Shown here: positions 36,457-49,379 of the stretch, in pieces
How the letters are laid out: the number at the start of each line of letters is the position of its first letter
How positions within the stretch are numbered: the first letter of the stretch is position 1
DNA from: Octopus sinensis
Lineage: Eukaryota
Reading direction: 5' to 3'
Length of the DNA: 54,844 nt
Assembly: GCF_006345805.1 (NCBI RefSeq)
Contig: NW_021833879.1
Location: 1 to 54,844 of the forward strand
Made by a program: the position numbers and the translations under genes
The notes under the pieces: model-generated
Told to the model about the DNA's origin: nothing
Database searches by the model: none
The model's input: only the letters and a program-made list of their open reading frames with translations

Positions 36457-37490
36457 AGAAAACTAAACAAAACAAAGAGACGATTTATTGTGAGATGCTA
36501 ATTTAATATTTTCAACCGAAAACACGAACTAATAATACTTTCTGTTGTGACATAAACTAGGCGAAGCGGGAATGATACGAATTATATTTTTGTTTGTTTG
36601 TTTGCTTTAATGCTAGAAACGAAAAACAAAACACAATAAATAAAGTTAATAAATTAATTCTGAGAAGGATCTATTACTAATACAGATTAAAACTGCTTAA
36701 ATTAAAACCACTTTTTTTTTAATATGTTTCGGAAGAATCATTGATGGCGGCCATTTTGAGACAAAATGATTAACGTAAATTTCCTCTGTTGGTAGGGTTT
36801 TTGGGGTGTTTTTTGTTTTTAGTTTCTTTATTGGTTTTCCTTTTTGATTGTTGCTTGTTTTATTTTTCTTGTATTTGTCTGCTAAATCTTTAAAGGAAGG
36901 TGGAGGCGATTCCAATTGGTGATGCATTGTTGAAATAAAAATGCCTGAAATATTATTCGTCTAGAAATAAATCTAATACTGCCAATTATTTCATAGAAAT
37001 TTTTTAAAAAAACAAGTGCCACGTGATTTACACATTTTTGCTGTTGTTATTTATGAAATTTAATAATTATAGGAGAACCTTCAAGACATTATCATAACAG
37101 GGTTACTTAATGAACGACTGTCTGCGCATGCGTGCGTACATGTGTCAGTACATGTGTCAATGTGTATGCGTCCGTGAATATGTGTGTGTGGATGCATTTG
37201 ACCGTGTTTGTGTGTATATATATGCAGTGGGCTTGTCTGTGTATTTGTTTATATGTGTGTAAGTGTGTGTGTATGTGCATGCATATCGGTGTTGGAAATA
37301 CCATGTATGCATGAGTGTGTGTGTGAATGCTTTTGTCTGTATGTGTGGATATGAAGCAAGTTTGTTGGTGTTTGTGTTTGTTGGTGTGCATATGTGCGTG
37401 TATATGTGTGCATGTGCGTGTATGTTTGTGTCACTTTGTGAGATTGAGTGCGTTTATCTGTGTGTTCACTGTGTGTGTGTGTGTGTGTTT
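35200..37490 (+). repeat. Tandem duplication, period about 1144 bp
   Basis: taataagaaaact at 35308 and 36452; the units are nearly identical. Confidence 0.9.
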
Positions 37491-38564
37491 GTGTGTGCAT
37501 GTGAGCGTGTATGTGCTTTGGCTTGGGTCTGTCTGTGAATGTATTTATGTATTGTTTGTGCATGTGTGTTCGCAAGTGTGTGCCTGTACGCGTGTCCGTG
37601 TGTATATGTGTGCGTATGTGTGGATGCGTTTTACTATGTATATGTGAAGCATTGTGTCTGTCTGTGAAAGTATTTATTTGTGTGAGTGTGCGTGTGTGTG
37701 TTTGTGCATGAGAGCGCGTATATTTGTCTGTGAATATGTGTGTTTCTCTCTATTAACATTTAATTATGTGTATGTGCTGGAAAGAGGTCTGCGTATTGTT
37801 GTAGTTACTGACGCTTAACCCTTGGTCGGATCTCATTTGGCAGGCCTATGATCAAAGGTTTTCTTGTAGTTAATGTAATATCTTTCTGTTTATGTATTAC
37901 ATAATGTATGAAGGCGACAAATTGACAGAACCGTTAGAGTATCGAATGAAAGAATGCCTTGCGGTATTTATTCCGGTTCTATGCGTTCTGAGTTCAAATT
38001 TCACCAGGGTTACCTATGATTTTATCCCTTAGCAATCGTTAAAAAAATTCATAACCAGAGCAGAAACAAGAATCAAACTGGAAAAAACCATACAGCATCC
38101 TTGAAAAAGTAAAACGATGTCATCCTGTAAAATATCAATGCATAAGTTTAAGGAATTGAACAGTAGCAAGTTTGATCCTTGCACAATTTTTTTTTTTTTT
38201 CCATGTCAATCATTTTTCTTCTATGTCAATTATTTTCGTGTCTGGTCAAATATTTTATTGAAAAATCTACATTAACATATTACCCTCAATAACATGCTTT
38301 TAAAAATCCGAAATTCTAGCTATTTCAACGTGTATAAAATCCAGAAGCATCTGTCTCTTCACGAAATAAACAGGTTTGGCATTAAAAAACAATTGATCAT
38401 TGCGTGATTTTGCAAAAGGATCATAAAACGTGGCAGAAATCTGTCATAAATCCTCCGGATTAATTTTAAAGGAAATAATTCCGACCATGAGTTTTTATTT
38501 GTTGTTATTATTACCATTATCACCATCATCCTCATCACCACCATCACCATCATCACCATCACCG

Positions 38565-38610
<46 letters not shown>

Positions 38611-38623
38611 ATCATCATTATTC

Positions 38624-38678
<55 letters not shown>

Positions 38679-38699
38679 GGATAATAATGGAATAATGCT

Positions 38700-39450
38700 T
38701 ACAGTCCGGTTTGTAATACTGTACTTTCGCCTCACAAGAATTCTTACAGAATTATTTGAACATCAGATGGAATGTCTTGTGGTATTTGCATTCCGATGCC
38801 GTCATTGATGCCAAGCTGTAGTGGTTCTTGTCTTTTTGAAATTCTGCGATCTTTATATAGTCTCTAATCTACTAGAAATAGACTGAAAGAGAGCCAACTT
38901 TGGTAGCGTAGATAGGCGAGAATTGCATACATAGACAACTGTTGTCTGTTAGTTTTCCATTAAAAAGTTTCCTGCTCAGCACTGTCTCTTGACAAAGAAC
39001 TCACCATGTAAAGTTCCGCTTCCTCTCAAGACATTTGTTAGCCTTCGTAATAAAAAATATATCGAGAACTATTAATCTGTCCTTCCTTTATTAAGCCATC
39101 ATCTTCTGAGGTTTTATCTCGCTTCATCAGCTTTAGCACATTCTCAATTTTCACTAATCACAATGAGTGATACTGCTTCAAACACTTGTAACGAATGAGG
39201 ATCAAGTTCCACTGATGATTTTAAAAGATAAACTATTTTGCAGGCTGTTTACACAGCTATCCCGCGCTCAAAATTTAATTTATTTTCTGTAAAATACCAA
39301 CCCACCCGACGATTCAAAGAATGTTTATAAAAACAGTTCTCCTCTTAATGTTTTTCAAACCTTCTCCGTCTTGCTTTTTTCTGTCAACATGAATCTGTCC
39401 TTGGGCCTTAGGGCTGCCGACTCCGATTTATATTGTGTTATCTCTCTCCA
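38700..39450 (-). mobile_element. Heavily decayed RTE-like reverse transcriptase fragment
   Basis: Minus-strand pieces VKIENVLKLMKRDKTSEDDGL, ITKANKCLERKRNFTW, NSRLSTLPKLALF and AEFQKDKNH...ECKYHKTFHLMF fall in the order of the KxxGxDG, NKCL..W, NYRPISL and QxGF..EY..L.F blocks of non-LTR RT. Confidence 0.55.
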
Positions 39451-40575
39451 GAAAACCTTTAGAGTTTAATACATACATACTCTGAAAGCTATTGAATCGA
39501 GGGTTTTATTTAAATAAAACCATCGATTTATCCACACTCTAGTAGGCCTGTGTGACGCATGTTCAGAAACCAGCCCTTCTTTTCCAAATCCTGTAGCTAC
39601 AAGATTCTCTTCTGCCATTTAACCCTGTAACTTGGACTCCCGATAGAGTGGAGGCGTGTGTTTTGTGGTTAAGGCGTTTGACTCATGATCGTAAGATTTT
39701 GGTTTCGATTCCCGGATCGGGCAACGCTTTGTGTTTTTGATCAAAATACTTCATTTCACGTTGTTCCAGTCCACTCCGCTGGCAAAAGCGAGTAATCGAC
39801 CTCAGGACTTATTCTTTGTAAGCCTAGTACTTATTCTATCGATCTCATTTGCCGAACTACTAGGTCACGGGAACGTAAGCACACCAACATCTGTTGTCAA
39901 GTGTTCCGTCCAGTTGGGGAATATATACGCCATTGAAACCGGAAACCGGCTCTTATGAGTCGTTGATCCGAGAAGGTAACTTTACCTTTACCTTCGATAG
40001 TGTCACCACCGCTCTTGACCAAAACAATCCAAAGAGTTGTAGTAACTAAAGGGTAACTCTATGTTCCCTAAAAACCCTGAACTCCCCAGGCTGAACCTCA
40101 CCGCGGGGTGCAATTTAATGTCCTGCCCAAAACAATTTATCTATTAAAATAAGCAAAAGAAAACTTTCCCTATATCTCTACTTAAATTGAGGCTGAATGA
40201 GACATTAAATCGATAGTTTTAACCTCTCTATTCTAACATGTATAAGAATTAATTTTACTCATTTTATGCTTAAATACATTTCGTTCCAAAGATAGAATAT
40301 TTTCAAGTCAACGACATCAAATGTACTATGTGTTTCTCATCTCTGAATTATCTATTGACTTGTTTATCTGCTTTTATTTCCTCTCTCTCTCTCTCTCTTT
40401 CTATCTCCCCCTCTAAATGTATATTTGCATCCATAAATATGCATACTACCTATATAATAATACATATTTACACACATAGATATATACACATATGCGTATA
40501 TGCATACACCTACAAGTATATATACTATATATTTGCATATGTATATATATACACACACACACACATTCACACACA

Positions 40576-40622
<47 letters not shown>

Positions 40623-40911
40623 ATATATATATATATGCGAATACATATACATACACTTGAAAATATATACATACGTATATACATATATACATGCACATAT
40701 ATATATATTCTTATGTGTTCGTGTGTGTATATGTATATGTATGTACATATACAACGCACATAGATATACATTTGATATATGTTAAATGTACGTGTGTGTG
40801 AGAGAGACAGACAGAGTACATATATATATATATATATATATATTCTTTTATTCTTTTATACGTTTCAGCTTTGTTGTGGATATGCAGGGGCTTCGCCAAT
40901 ACACATACATC

Positions 40912-40957
<46 letters not shown>

Positions 40958-41479
40958 ATGCATTATACAATGCATGCAGTAAGCCATTCACCTTCCCGGC
41001 CATTATTTTATCGGCTGTATTTTTCAGTGTGAAAATTGATGACAGAAACCAGTTTTCTTGTATCTCCCACGTTGAATTCTTTTATCTTCTACTTTACCAA
41101 CTTCCAAATATTTCCTATGACAGGACATCGTTAATGAGGAACTTTCAAACTTCTGCCAATCTTGAAAAATCTTTAGAACGTTCTAGTTCAAAGAAATGTA
41201 AACTTAGTAAATGGTATGGCATCATAACGAGTGTACTTTGGTGGAATTGTTTAAAAAAAACATTCTGATAAACGAACCGTCTTGTAGTTTATTTCTGTTC
41301 TTCTTCTTCTGAGCTCTAATATGACCAAAGACAAATTGGTGCTTCCCCTTCAGGCAAGAGGTGATATTGTGAGATATTAATGAAATATTGGGAACGATTT
41401 AATTGATTATTCTGTCCTCAAATATTTGTACATTTGTCCTTATGTTACAAAGTATTTTTTTATACATTTGATTTTTTTT

Positions 41480-42050
41480 TCGATCTTTTGCTTGTTTAAG
41501 TCATTTGGCCGCGGCCATGCTGGGGCACTGCCTTGAAAGGTTTTAGTCGAACTAATTGACTCCAATACTTTCAAAGTGTAGTACTTATTTTATCGGATCT
41601 CTTTTGCCGAATCGCTAAGTCATGGGGGCGTCAACACACTAACACCGGTTGTCAAGCAGTGGTGAGAGGAAAAACACAGGCACAAATACACACATCATGG
41701 ATATATACATATACGAGGGGTGCTGAAAAGTTCCTGGCTTTGAGAGTATCGCGAAAGGCCTGGTTGGAGGAGCTTAGAAAAACTGAAGGACTGCTGCAAT
41801 AAGTGTTTGAATCTGAGAGGGGAAGATGTTGAATAAAATCATAATTGACTGATCCTCGCCTATTTTCTGTTATCCAAAGCCAGGAACTGTTCAGCACCAC
41901 CTCGTATATGTACGACAGGCTTCCTTCAGTTTCCGTCAACCAAATTCTCTCACAAGGCTTTAATCGGACAGAGACTATAATAGAAGACACTCGCCTAAGG
42001 TGCCATGAGTGGGACTGAACCCGGAACCATGTCGATGGGAAGCAAACCAC
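41480..42050 (-). mobile_element. Family X SINE split by a mariner MITE
   Basis: The halves rejoin across 41714-41904. Confidence 0.8.
41714..41904. mobile_element. Mariner-derived MITE
   Basis: TA(41712-41713)-cgaggggtgctgaaaagttcctggcttt ... aaagccaggaactgttcagcaccacctcg-TA(41905-41906). Confidence 0.9.
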
Positions 42051-42149
42051 TTGCATTTTTTTTAGCCTTTAGACTTTAGAATCATAAGGCTGGTTTCCAT
42101 GGTTACCATTACTGAGATCACAATATTTCCCCGGAATGAGACGTTGGTC

Positions 42150-42720
42150 CGTTACTGAGTTCAAAGCTAGCAATTTTTAAGCCGGGGCGGGGGAAAAAAA
42201 TCGATTTCATCGAACCGAACATTTTATTAACAATGCGATGGGATGGAAGGCAAAGATGAACTCGGCGAAATTTGAACTCTGAACGTAAGGAGCCGGAGAA
42301 ATACCTATTTCTTTACCACCCACAAGGGGCTACACACAGGGGGGACAAACAAGGACAGACAAACGGATTAAGTCGATTATATCGACCCCAGTACGTAACT
42401 GGTACTTAATTTATCGACCCCGAAACGATGAAAGGGAAAGTCGACCTCGGCGGAATTTGAACTCAGAACGTAGCAGCAGACGAAATACCTATTTCTTTAC
42501 TACCCACAAGGGGTTAAACACAGAGAGAACAAACAAGGACAGACATAGGTATTAAGTCGATTATATCGACCCCAGTGCGTAACTTGTACTTATTTAATCG
42601 ACCCCGAAAGGATAAAAGGCAAAATCGACCTCGGCGGAATTTGAACTCACAACATAACGGCAGACGAAATACCGCTAAGCATTTCGCCCGGCGTGCTAGC
42701 GTTTCTGCCAGCTCGCTGCC
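42150..42720 (-). mobile_element. Concatemer of three family M SINE units
   Basis: Units joined at 42305/42306 and 42489/42490 with the same tail-to-body junction. Confidence 0.85.
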
Positions 42721-42758
42721 TTCATTATTTGTTACTATTACTTTGCAGTCTACAGTAT

Positions 42759-42925
42759 TACGCCCGTCGCTACGTTCTGAGTTCAAATTCCGCCGAGGTA
42801 GACTTTGCCTTTCACCCTTTCGGGGTCGATAGATTAAGTACCAGTGAAACATTGGGGTCGATGTAATCGACTAGTTCCCTCCCCACAAATTTGAAGCCTT
42901 GTATCTCCAGAGGAAAGGATTATTT
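42759..42925 (+). mobile_element. 5'-truncated family M SINE with TSD ttgcagtctacagta
   Basis: The same 15-mer lies on both sides (about 42743-42757 and 42925-42939). Confidence 0.85.
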
Positions 42926-43203
42926 TGCAGTCTACAGTACAAGTTACATACTTTAATAATAGTTTCACTGTCTTTCCCCTTTTACTAGCTTAAGTCACTA
43001 GACTGCGATCGTGCTGGGACACTACGTCGAACAGCTTCGTCCAACAAATTTACTCCTGTACTTTTCTTTCACATTTTTTAATGCCCGGTACTTATTCTAC
43101 CCGTTTCTCTAGTTGAACCGCTTAGATACGAGGACATAAACATATATTATATTATATTATATTATATTATATTATATTATATTATATTATATTATATTAT
43201 AAT

Positions 43204-43379
43204 TATACAAAGGACATACTAAGTATGTCTACCTGCTGGAAATAACGTTCAAAACTTTTATTTAAATTGCCAAAATACACTGATAATAACTAGTTATTAT
43301 CAATGTATTTTGGCGATTTAAATAAGAGTTTTGACTGTTATTTCCAGCAGGTAGTCATCTTTAGTATATCCTTTGATTA
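43204..43379. mobile_element. Loop-less palindromic MITE-like element (about 88-bp arms)
   Basis: acaaaggacatactaagtatgtctacctgctggaaataac...ataact|agttat...gttatttccagcaggtagtcatctttagtatatcctttga; centre at 43291/43292. Confidence 0.8.
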
Positions 43380-43679
43380 ATTGTTATATTTTAGCTATTT
43401 AATGCTTTTTAGAGGCCTGCAGTCGCTTATATTATTGATTCTATTATTATCATTTTTAAATTGTTACGCTAGATAATAATATAGGCATTAATATCTTTTC
43501 AAATATTTTCTCGTGAATTATTTGCTCCGTATATTATATTATATTATATTATATTATATTATATTATATTATATTATATTATATCATATCATATATGTGA
43601 ATGTGTCAAGCATTGGTGGGGGACAAATACAGACACAAACACACACACATACACACATACACGACGGTCTTCTTTCAGC

Positions 43680-44045
43680 TATGTGGTAAGAAGTTTTCTT
43701 CCCAACCACATGGTTCCGGGTTCAGTTTCACTGCATGGTACCTTGAGCAAATGTTTTCTACTATAGCCTCTGGCCGACCAAAGCCCGTCGTGTGTGAGTG
43801 ACTATATGTGTGTGTATGTGCGTGTGTTTGTGTCTGTGTGTGTCTTTGTGTCTGCACTTGTACCCCACCACCGCTTGACAACCGTTGTTCGTGTGTTGAC
43901 GTCCCTGTAAATTAGCGGTTCGGCAAAAGATACCGATATACTAAGCACCAGGCTTAAAACAAAAATATGTACCGGGGTGGGTTCGTTTTACTAAAATTCT
44001 TCAAGGCGGTGCTGCAGCATGGCCGCAGTCTAATGATTAAAACGC
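43680..44045 (+). mobile_element. Family X SINE, head-to-head with a partial minus copy at about 43590-43680
   Basis: Consensus match. Confidence 0.8.
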
Positions 44046-45224
44046 TTAAATCAAATAGTAGATAAATATGAGTCCAACACCCTAACCACTAAATATTTTT
44101 GCCAACACTTTATATGTCCCTGTCGAATGGTTCGATTACACTGTATAATTTTTTTTTGTCTTTGGTCAGTAAGTGTTATTTTCTTATTTGCTTCTATCTA
44201 GAAATCAAAGGAAATGACTACTATTCCCTTCAAACTTTGCTTTTGTGACCTGGACGTCAATGTTATGAAACTGACCTATTTTCCATTACATTTCAGAAAG
44301 ATTCTGCGCTGAGTTGCTAAAGCAGAAATATCGTTATAGCAAATATTCTGCTCAATACCACAGATTTGCTTGTCAGTTGCCTTGACCATAAACACTTGAG
44401 CTGACAATATGTGCATCTCTAATCACGAGCAGGAATAGTGGGGGGGAGCATCAGAGTCATGTGTTGAGAGGGATTCTCTGGGATTTGAATAACTACAACA
44501 AAAACAAGGAAACATTAGCCATTTTTGCATACTATCTAAAGGTAAACAAACAGGAAAAAACAGTTGCTACCCAAGGACGAACATCATGTTACTCAGTGTT
44601 ATGCAACATGTTGGCTACTTCTAGAATTGATACCATCTCCAACAACAGCATCTCCAGCAGCAGGTGTGTTTATTGTTTCACACATCCTCGATTAAAAGTT
44701 CCTCTCCGTTCGTCTTTCTCTTCTTTCCTTTAGTGCTACATCGATTTGTCTTTGAATTTATTTCTATTTTTATTCAATTAGTTCTTGATCAAATCTTTTA
44801 GCGTTGGTGTCGAATTATTTGTCTTGTTCAAAGATTTCTTGTCGCTTTTCACTTTTCGTATTATGGACTCTTTTGTAATTTTCCAAGAATCTCGCATTCC
44901 AGCCATTTATTGATTTAAGCTTTCCTTCTTCTTCTTGCTGTTGTTGTTGTTGTTTTGTTGTATTTCCGTGGTGTTTGTCTCCCTTTTCTTTATTTTATTT
45001 TATTTTATGTTTCTCATTTGCGTCTTTAATTTCTTCTTTTTTTTGTCTTTTTTTTTCGATTTTGCTATTGATTTCATTAAGGACAGTAAAACCTTTTCGT
45101 TTCTTTCCTTCTTTGTTTCTTATTTTCAATGTTTCTTCCTTAAATTTTTTGCTTGCTTTTTTTTTCATTTTTATTTCATTCCTATGAGAGTAAATATCAA
45201 CGGTTCCTTTGTTTCGTTTATAAC

Positions 45225-45272
<48 letters not shown>

Positions 45273-45343
45273 CAGCAGCAGTAGCAGCAGCAACAGCGGT
45301 GGAGGTTGGTGGTGGTGGTGGTGGTGGTGGTGGTGGTGGTGGT

Positions 45344-45375
<32 letters not shown>
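45225..45375. repeat. (TAG)n-(CAG)n-(GGT)n-(GGC)n compound trinucleotide
   Basis: Direct reading. Confidence 0.95.
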
Positions 45376-45378
<3 letters not shown>

Positions 45379-45517
45379 GTGCAGTTGATTTTGTTAGAAC
45401 AGTGAGATTTGCAAAAACAGTTACGCAAACTAGCTCGTGGTATTCCGTAAAGTCTTGTTTTATATTCTGAGCTCAAATCTCGCCGTGATCCACTTTTTGG
45501 TGTTTTCATCCTCCTGG

Positions 45518-45548
<31 letters not shown>

Positions 45549-45687
45549 GCATATCCATATACATAATATATATTATATATATATATATCTATATATATAT
45601 ATAATATATATATAATATATTATATATATATATATATTATATATATATATATATATGCGCATATATTATATATATAATGTATATGCG

Positions 45688-45978
45688 CAAATAGCAAAAA
45701 AATGCATTAAATGGAATAAATTTGATGGTAAATTTTTTTTAAATCGTTGACTCATCGTAGACATTTTTAGAGAGTTACTTATATAATAGCGAAAAAAATG
45801 CATTAAAATAGAAAAAATTATGGTCAATTTTTTTTTTAATCGTAGACTCATCGTAGACTCATCGTAGACGCGCGACTATAAGATACCCGGTTTTGGTTAA
45901 AGTGCACCGCAAAATGTGGGAGTAAGGAATCTAAATCGTAGGAGACAGACACACAACCTCTCTTTGATATATAAAGAT
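45688..45978 (+). mobile_element. 3' part of the HINE-like family of 16258-16563, with an internal duplication
   Basis: Shares tagactcatcgtagacg...gactataagatacccg...gcaccgcaaaatgtgggagta...atataaagat. Confidence 0.75.
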
Positions 45979-46418
45979 ATATATATATATATATATGCAT
46001 ATACATATACATATATATATATATATTATATATATATATATATTGAAATGATAAGATGAATTATCTTGTTACGGATTATTCAAAGTTTTAACCGATACCT
46101 GGGTAGCAAAAATCACACCAGAAAAAACACGGTTGGAGATAAGACCATGTGGTGTTTGCAACCGTGCGTTGGTGCGGATAATTGAAGTTTAATATAATTA
46201 GTGATGGAAGAAATGGAGTTGAACGAAGATTGTACAGAATTCTTTTATTACATTCTACACATGTTTCAAAGCCACAATTTCTCAAATTCTGATTAATAAG
46301 GATCCATATTGCAGCTTTCCTCTCAGGAAAAACCAGAATTACGTTGTCAGAACAAAACAAAACAGAGGCGCAGCAAAGCAATTCGAACGAGGACGCTCCT
46401 TAAGAGCCCATGGGTAAT

Positions 46419-46453
<35 letters not shown>

Positions 46454-46717
46454 TGTGTGTGTGTGTGTGTGTGTGTGTTTGTGTGTGTGTTGTGTGTGGT
46501 GTGTGTGTGGTGTGTGTGTGTGTGTGTATGTATATGCACATATATATAATCAACTGAATTGCGAGGATAATCTGGTGCTTGACTGGGGATGGGGGGAGCT
46601 TTGAATGACCCCGTCCTTATTTTCTTTGTATCGTCTATCTGGACGTTTTGTTGTCCCTTTTTGTATCAGCTGGCTGTCCGGATGTTTTACGTTCTTGTCC
46701 ATTTTGTATTATATATA

Positions 46718-46760
<43 letters not shown>

Positions 46761-46786
46761 TATTATATATATATATATATATATAG

Positions 46787-46990
46787 TTAATCCAAACAAG
46801 AAAACACAGAGAAAAAAACACACCAACGCGAGGACGTGGAACAATTAAAGTATTATTTGACGCTCAGGAAGAAGGGAAGAAGGGTTTAACGTTCCGAGAG
46901 CGGAGCTCTTCGTCGGAAACAAAGAGAAGGAAAGATCCCGAGAAGGAAGACAGAGGAAAAAATATTTTTGCTGGTGGTGCTCAAGAGATC
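46787..46990 (-). mobile_element. PLE pseudo-LTR remnant, family B-prime
   Basis: Minus strand has a hammerhead-like motif followed by ttcctgagcg..taata, as in family B, and ends in (TA)n. Confidence 0.65.
46884..46920 (-). ncRNA. Minimal hammerhead variant (core CCGACGA+A), damaged
   Basis: GTTT CCGACGA A GAGC-TCC-GCTC(TC) GGAA C GT T AAAC; stem I GTTT/AAAC covaries with CTTT/AAAG of family B. Confidence 0.55.
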
Positions 46991-47029
46991 ACATGTTGAA
47001 AAACAGAAGTTGAAAGTAGACGAATATAT

Positions 47030-47054
47030 ATATATATATACCTATATATTATAA

Positions 47055-47113
<59 letters not shown>

Positions 47114-47661
47114 GTATGTATATAGATGCATAGATATATGCATACACACATGTACATATTTATATGAGAGAGAGATAGACAGGCAGAAAAGAAACTGATA
47201 GACAGAAAAAGAAAAAGAGAAAACTAAATATATGTATGTGTGTTTCTTTTTAAATCTTATGTTTGCTCTTAGCCGTTTTAGTTCGCAGTACACTGAATAG
47301 TTCTGTTCAAAAGTTTTTGATATCAGTTTGTGTAGAACTTTCGCTTTGATCATAAGTATATCAAACATAGTAGATATATACGATGTGAAGCACATGAGAC
47401 ACCGTATGTAGCCTTAGGAACATGTTATTGCTTACGTTAATCTCCACTCTTTATATAGCAATTAGACGCATTCACATATACCTACTACACTATATGTGTG
47501 AATGCATAGAGGGAGAGGGGAGAGGAGAGAGTAAGGGGAGAGAAGGAGGGAAGGAGAAAAGAGAGACGCAAACTAGAAAATCACAGATAGACAAAGCGAG
47601 AAAGTAAGGCATACACATATAGAGCATGCATATATGTGCGCACATATAAATACATATACAT

Positions 47662-47698
<37 letters not shown>

Positions 47699-47712
47699 CC
47701 TATATATTATAA

Positions 47713-47771
<59 letters not shown>

Positions 47772-48316
47772 GTATGTATATAGATGCATAGATATATGCA
47801 TACACACATGTACATATTTATATAGAGAGAGAGATAGACAGGCAGAAAAAGAAACTGATAGACAGAAAAAGAAAAAGAGAAAACTAAATATATGTATGTG
47901 TGTTTCTTTAAATCTTTATGTTTGCTCTTAGCCGTTTTAGTTCGCAGTACACTGAATAGTTCTGTTCAAAAGTTTTTGATATCAGTTTGTGTAGAACTTT
48001 CGCTTTGATCATAAGTATATCAAACATAGTAGATATATACGATGTGAAGCACATGAGACACCGTATGTAGCCTTAGGAACATGTTATTGCTTACGTTAAT
48101 CTCCACTCTTTATATAGCAATTAGACGCATTCACATATACCTACTACACTATATGTGTGAATGCATAGAGGGAGAGGGGAAGGAGAGAGTAAGGGGAGAG
48201 AAGGAGGGAAGGAGAAAGAGAGACGCAACTAGAAAATCACAGATAGACAAAGCGAGAAAGTAGGCATACACATATAGAGCATGCATATATGTGCGCACAT
48301 ATAAATACATATACAT

Positions 48317-48345
<29 letters not shown>
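47030..48345 (+). repeat. Tandem duplication, period about 658 bp
   Basis: cctatatatt at 47041 and 47699; the units differ mostly by 1-2-nt indels. Confidence 0.9.
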
Positions 48346-48351
<6 letters not shown>

Positions 48352-48372
48352 CATACATACATACATACATAC

Positions 48373-48406
<34 letters not shown>

Positions 48407-48421
48407 TATACATATATATAC

Positions 48422-48475
<54 letters not shown>

Positions 48476-48492
48476 ATATGTATGTATATATA

Positions 48493-49365
48493 CAGGCTGC
48501 GCCGAATAAACTGTCGTCTACATTACGCAAAAACGAAAATAACACTGACATCTCATTTTAACAGATATATTGACCAACATTACGTAAAAATATCATGAAA
48601 TACTAAAGAGTAAATCTATTCAATAAAATCGCCATTGGCTTCAACCACAGCCTCCAGACGACTTCGGAATCTCTTGCAACTCTTCTGGGCGGTTTCTTTG
48701 TTTAAGTTGGTGAATACTGCCATAATCCTTGCCTTCAGTTCGTCTTTGGTGTTTCACCGGGTTTTGTTTGTCTCTTGCTCAACTGTGCCCCACACATAAT
48801 AACCAAGGGGGTTGCAGTCTGGGGAGTTTGGTGACCAGATCTTAGGAGTGATGAGGTCGCAGAAATTTTCTGACAGCCATAACTGAGTTCTCCTGCTTAT
48901 GTATGGCATGGTGCAGAGTCCTGTTGCCAGACATAGGGTCTTCCATGAGCCACCCTCTTGACCCAGGGCATCACTATCCCATCCAGGCACTTGATGTAAG
49001 CCTCCGTGTTGAGTTTGAGGCCGTGTAGGAAGATGGAGGCATAGCGTCGCATCACTAATGATCACGCCAAACACCATGATGTTAACTGGATGTTTGATTT
49101 TTATCACTCTCGATAAATGTCCTCAGATTGGCACCAAAACACTCTGAAATGTTCGTATTGGGGTGTCCGATACGAATGCCAAGCAGTACAGCATGTTGTT
49201 TCCAAATTTCTGGCAGAATGAATTGCGTCATGGTGCTGTTTTTTTTCTCACTGACGGTGCCCAACTGACCCTACTGTACTGTATAGTCGACAAAATCAAA
49301 AACAAACAATGCGCATGTGCGAAATTAAAAATATAGCATGGCAACAATTTACTTATTGCACCCTG
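48493..49365 (-). mobile_element. maT (DD37D) Tc1/mariner-superfamily deletion derivative
   Basis: TA-flanked imperfect TIRs caggctgcgccgaataaactg / caatttacttattgcaccctg. Reads KIKHPVNIMVFGV...WQQDSAPCH..RRTQLWLSENFCDLITPKIWSPNSPDCNPL(G)YYVWG with 37 residues between the second D and the mutated third D. Frameshifted, with the middle deleted. Confidence 0.9.
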
Positions 49366-49379
49366 TATAGCTAGATAGA

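Noticed and set aside
40786-41268. 160-aa plus-strand ORF
   Set aside because: It starts in a microsatellite, and the remainder has no recognisable domain or clear exon boundaries.
46258-46327. Minus-strand CTGAGAGG AAAGC...GCTTT GAAAC ATGT G motif
   Set aside because: The core spacing is wrong, there is G at the cleavage position and stem I does not pair.
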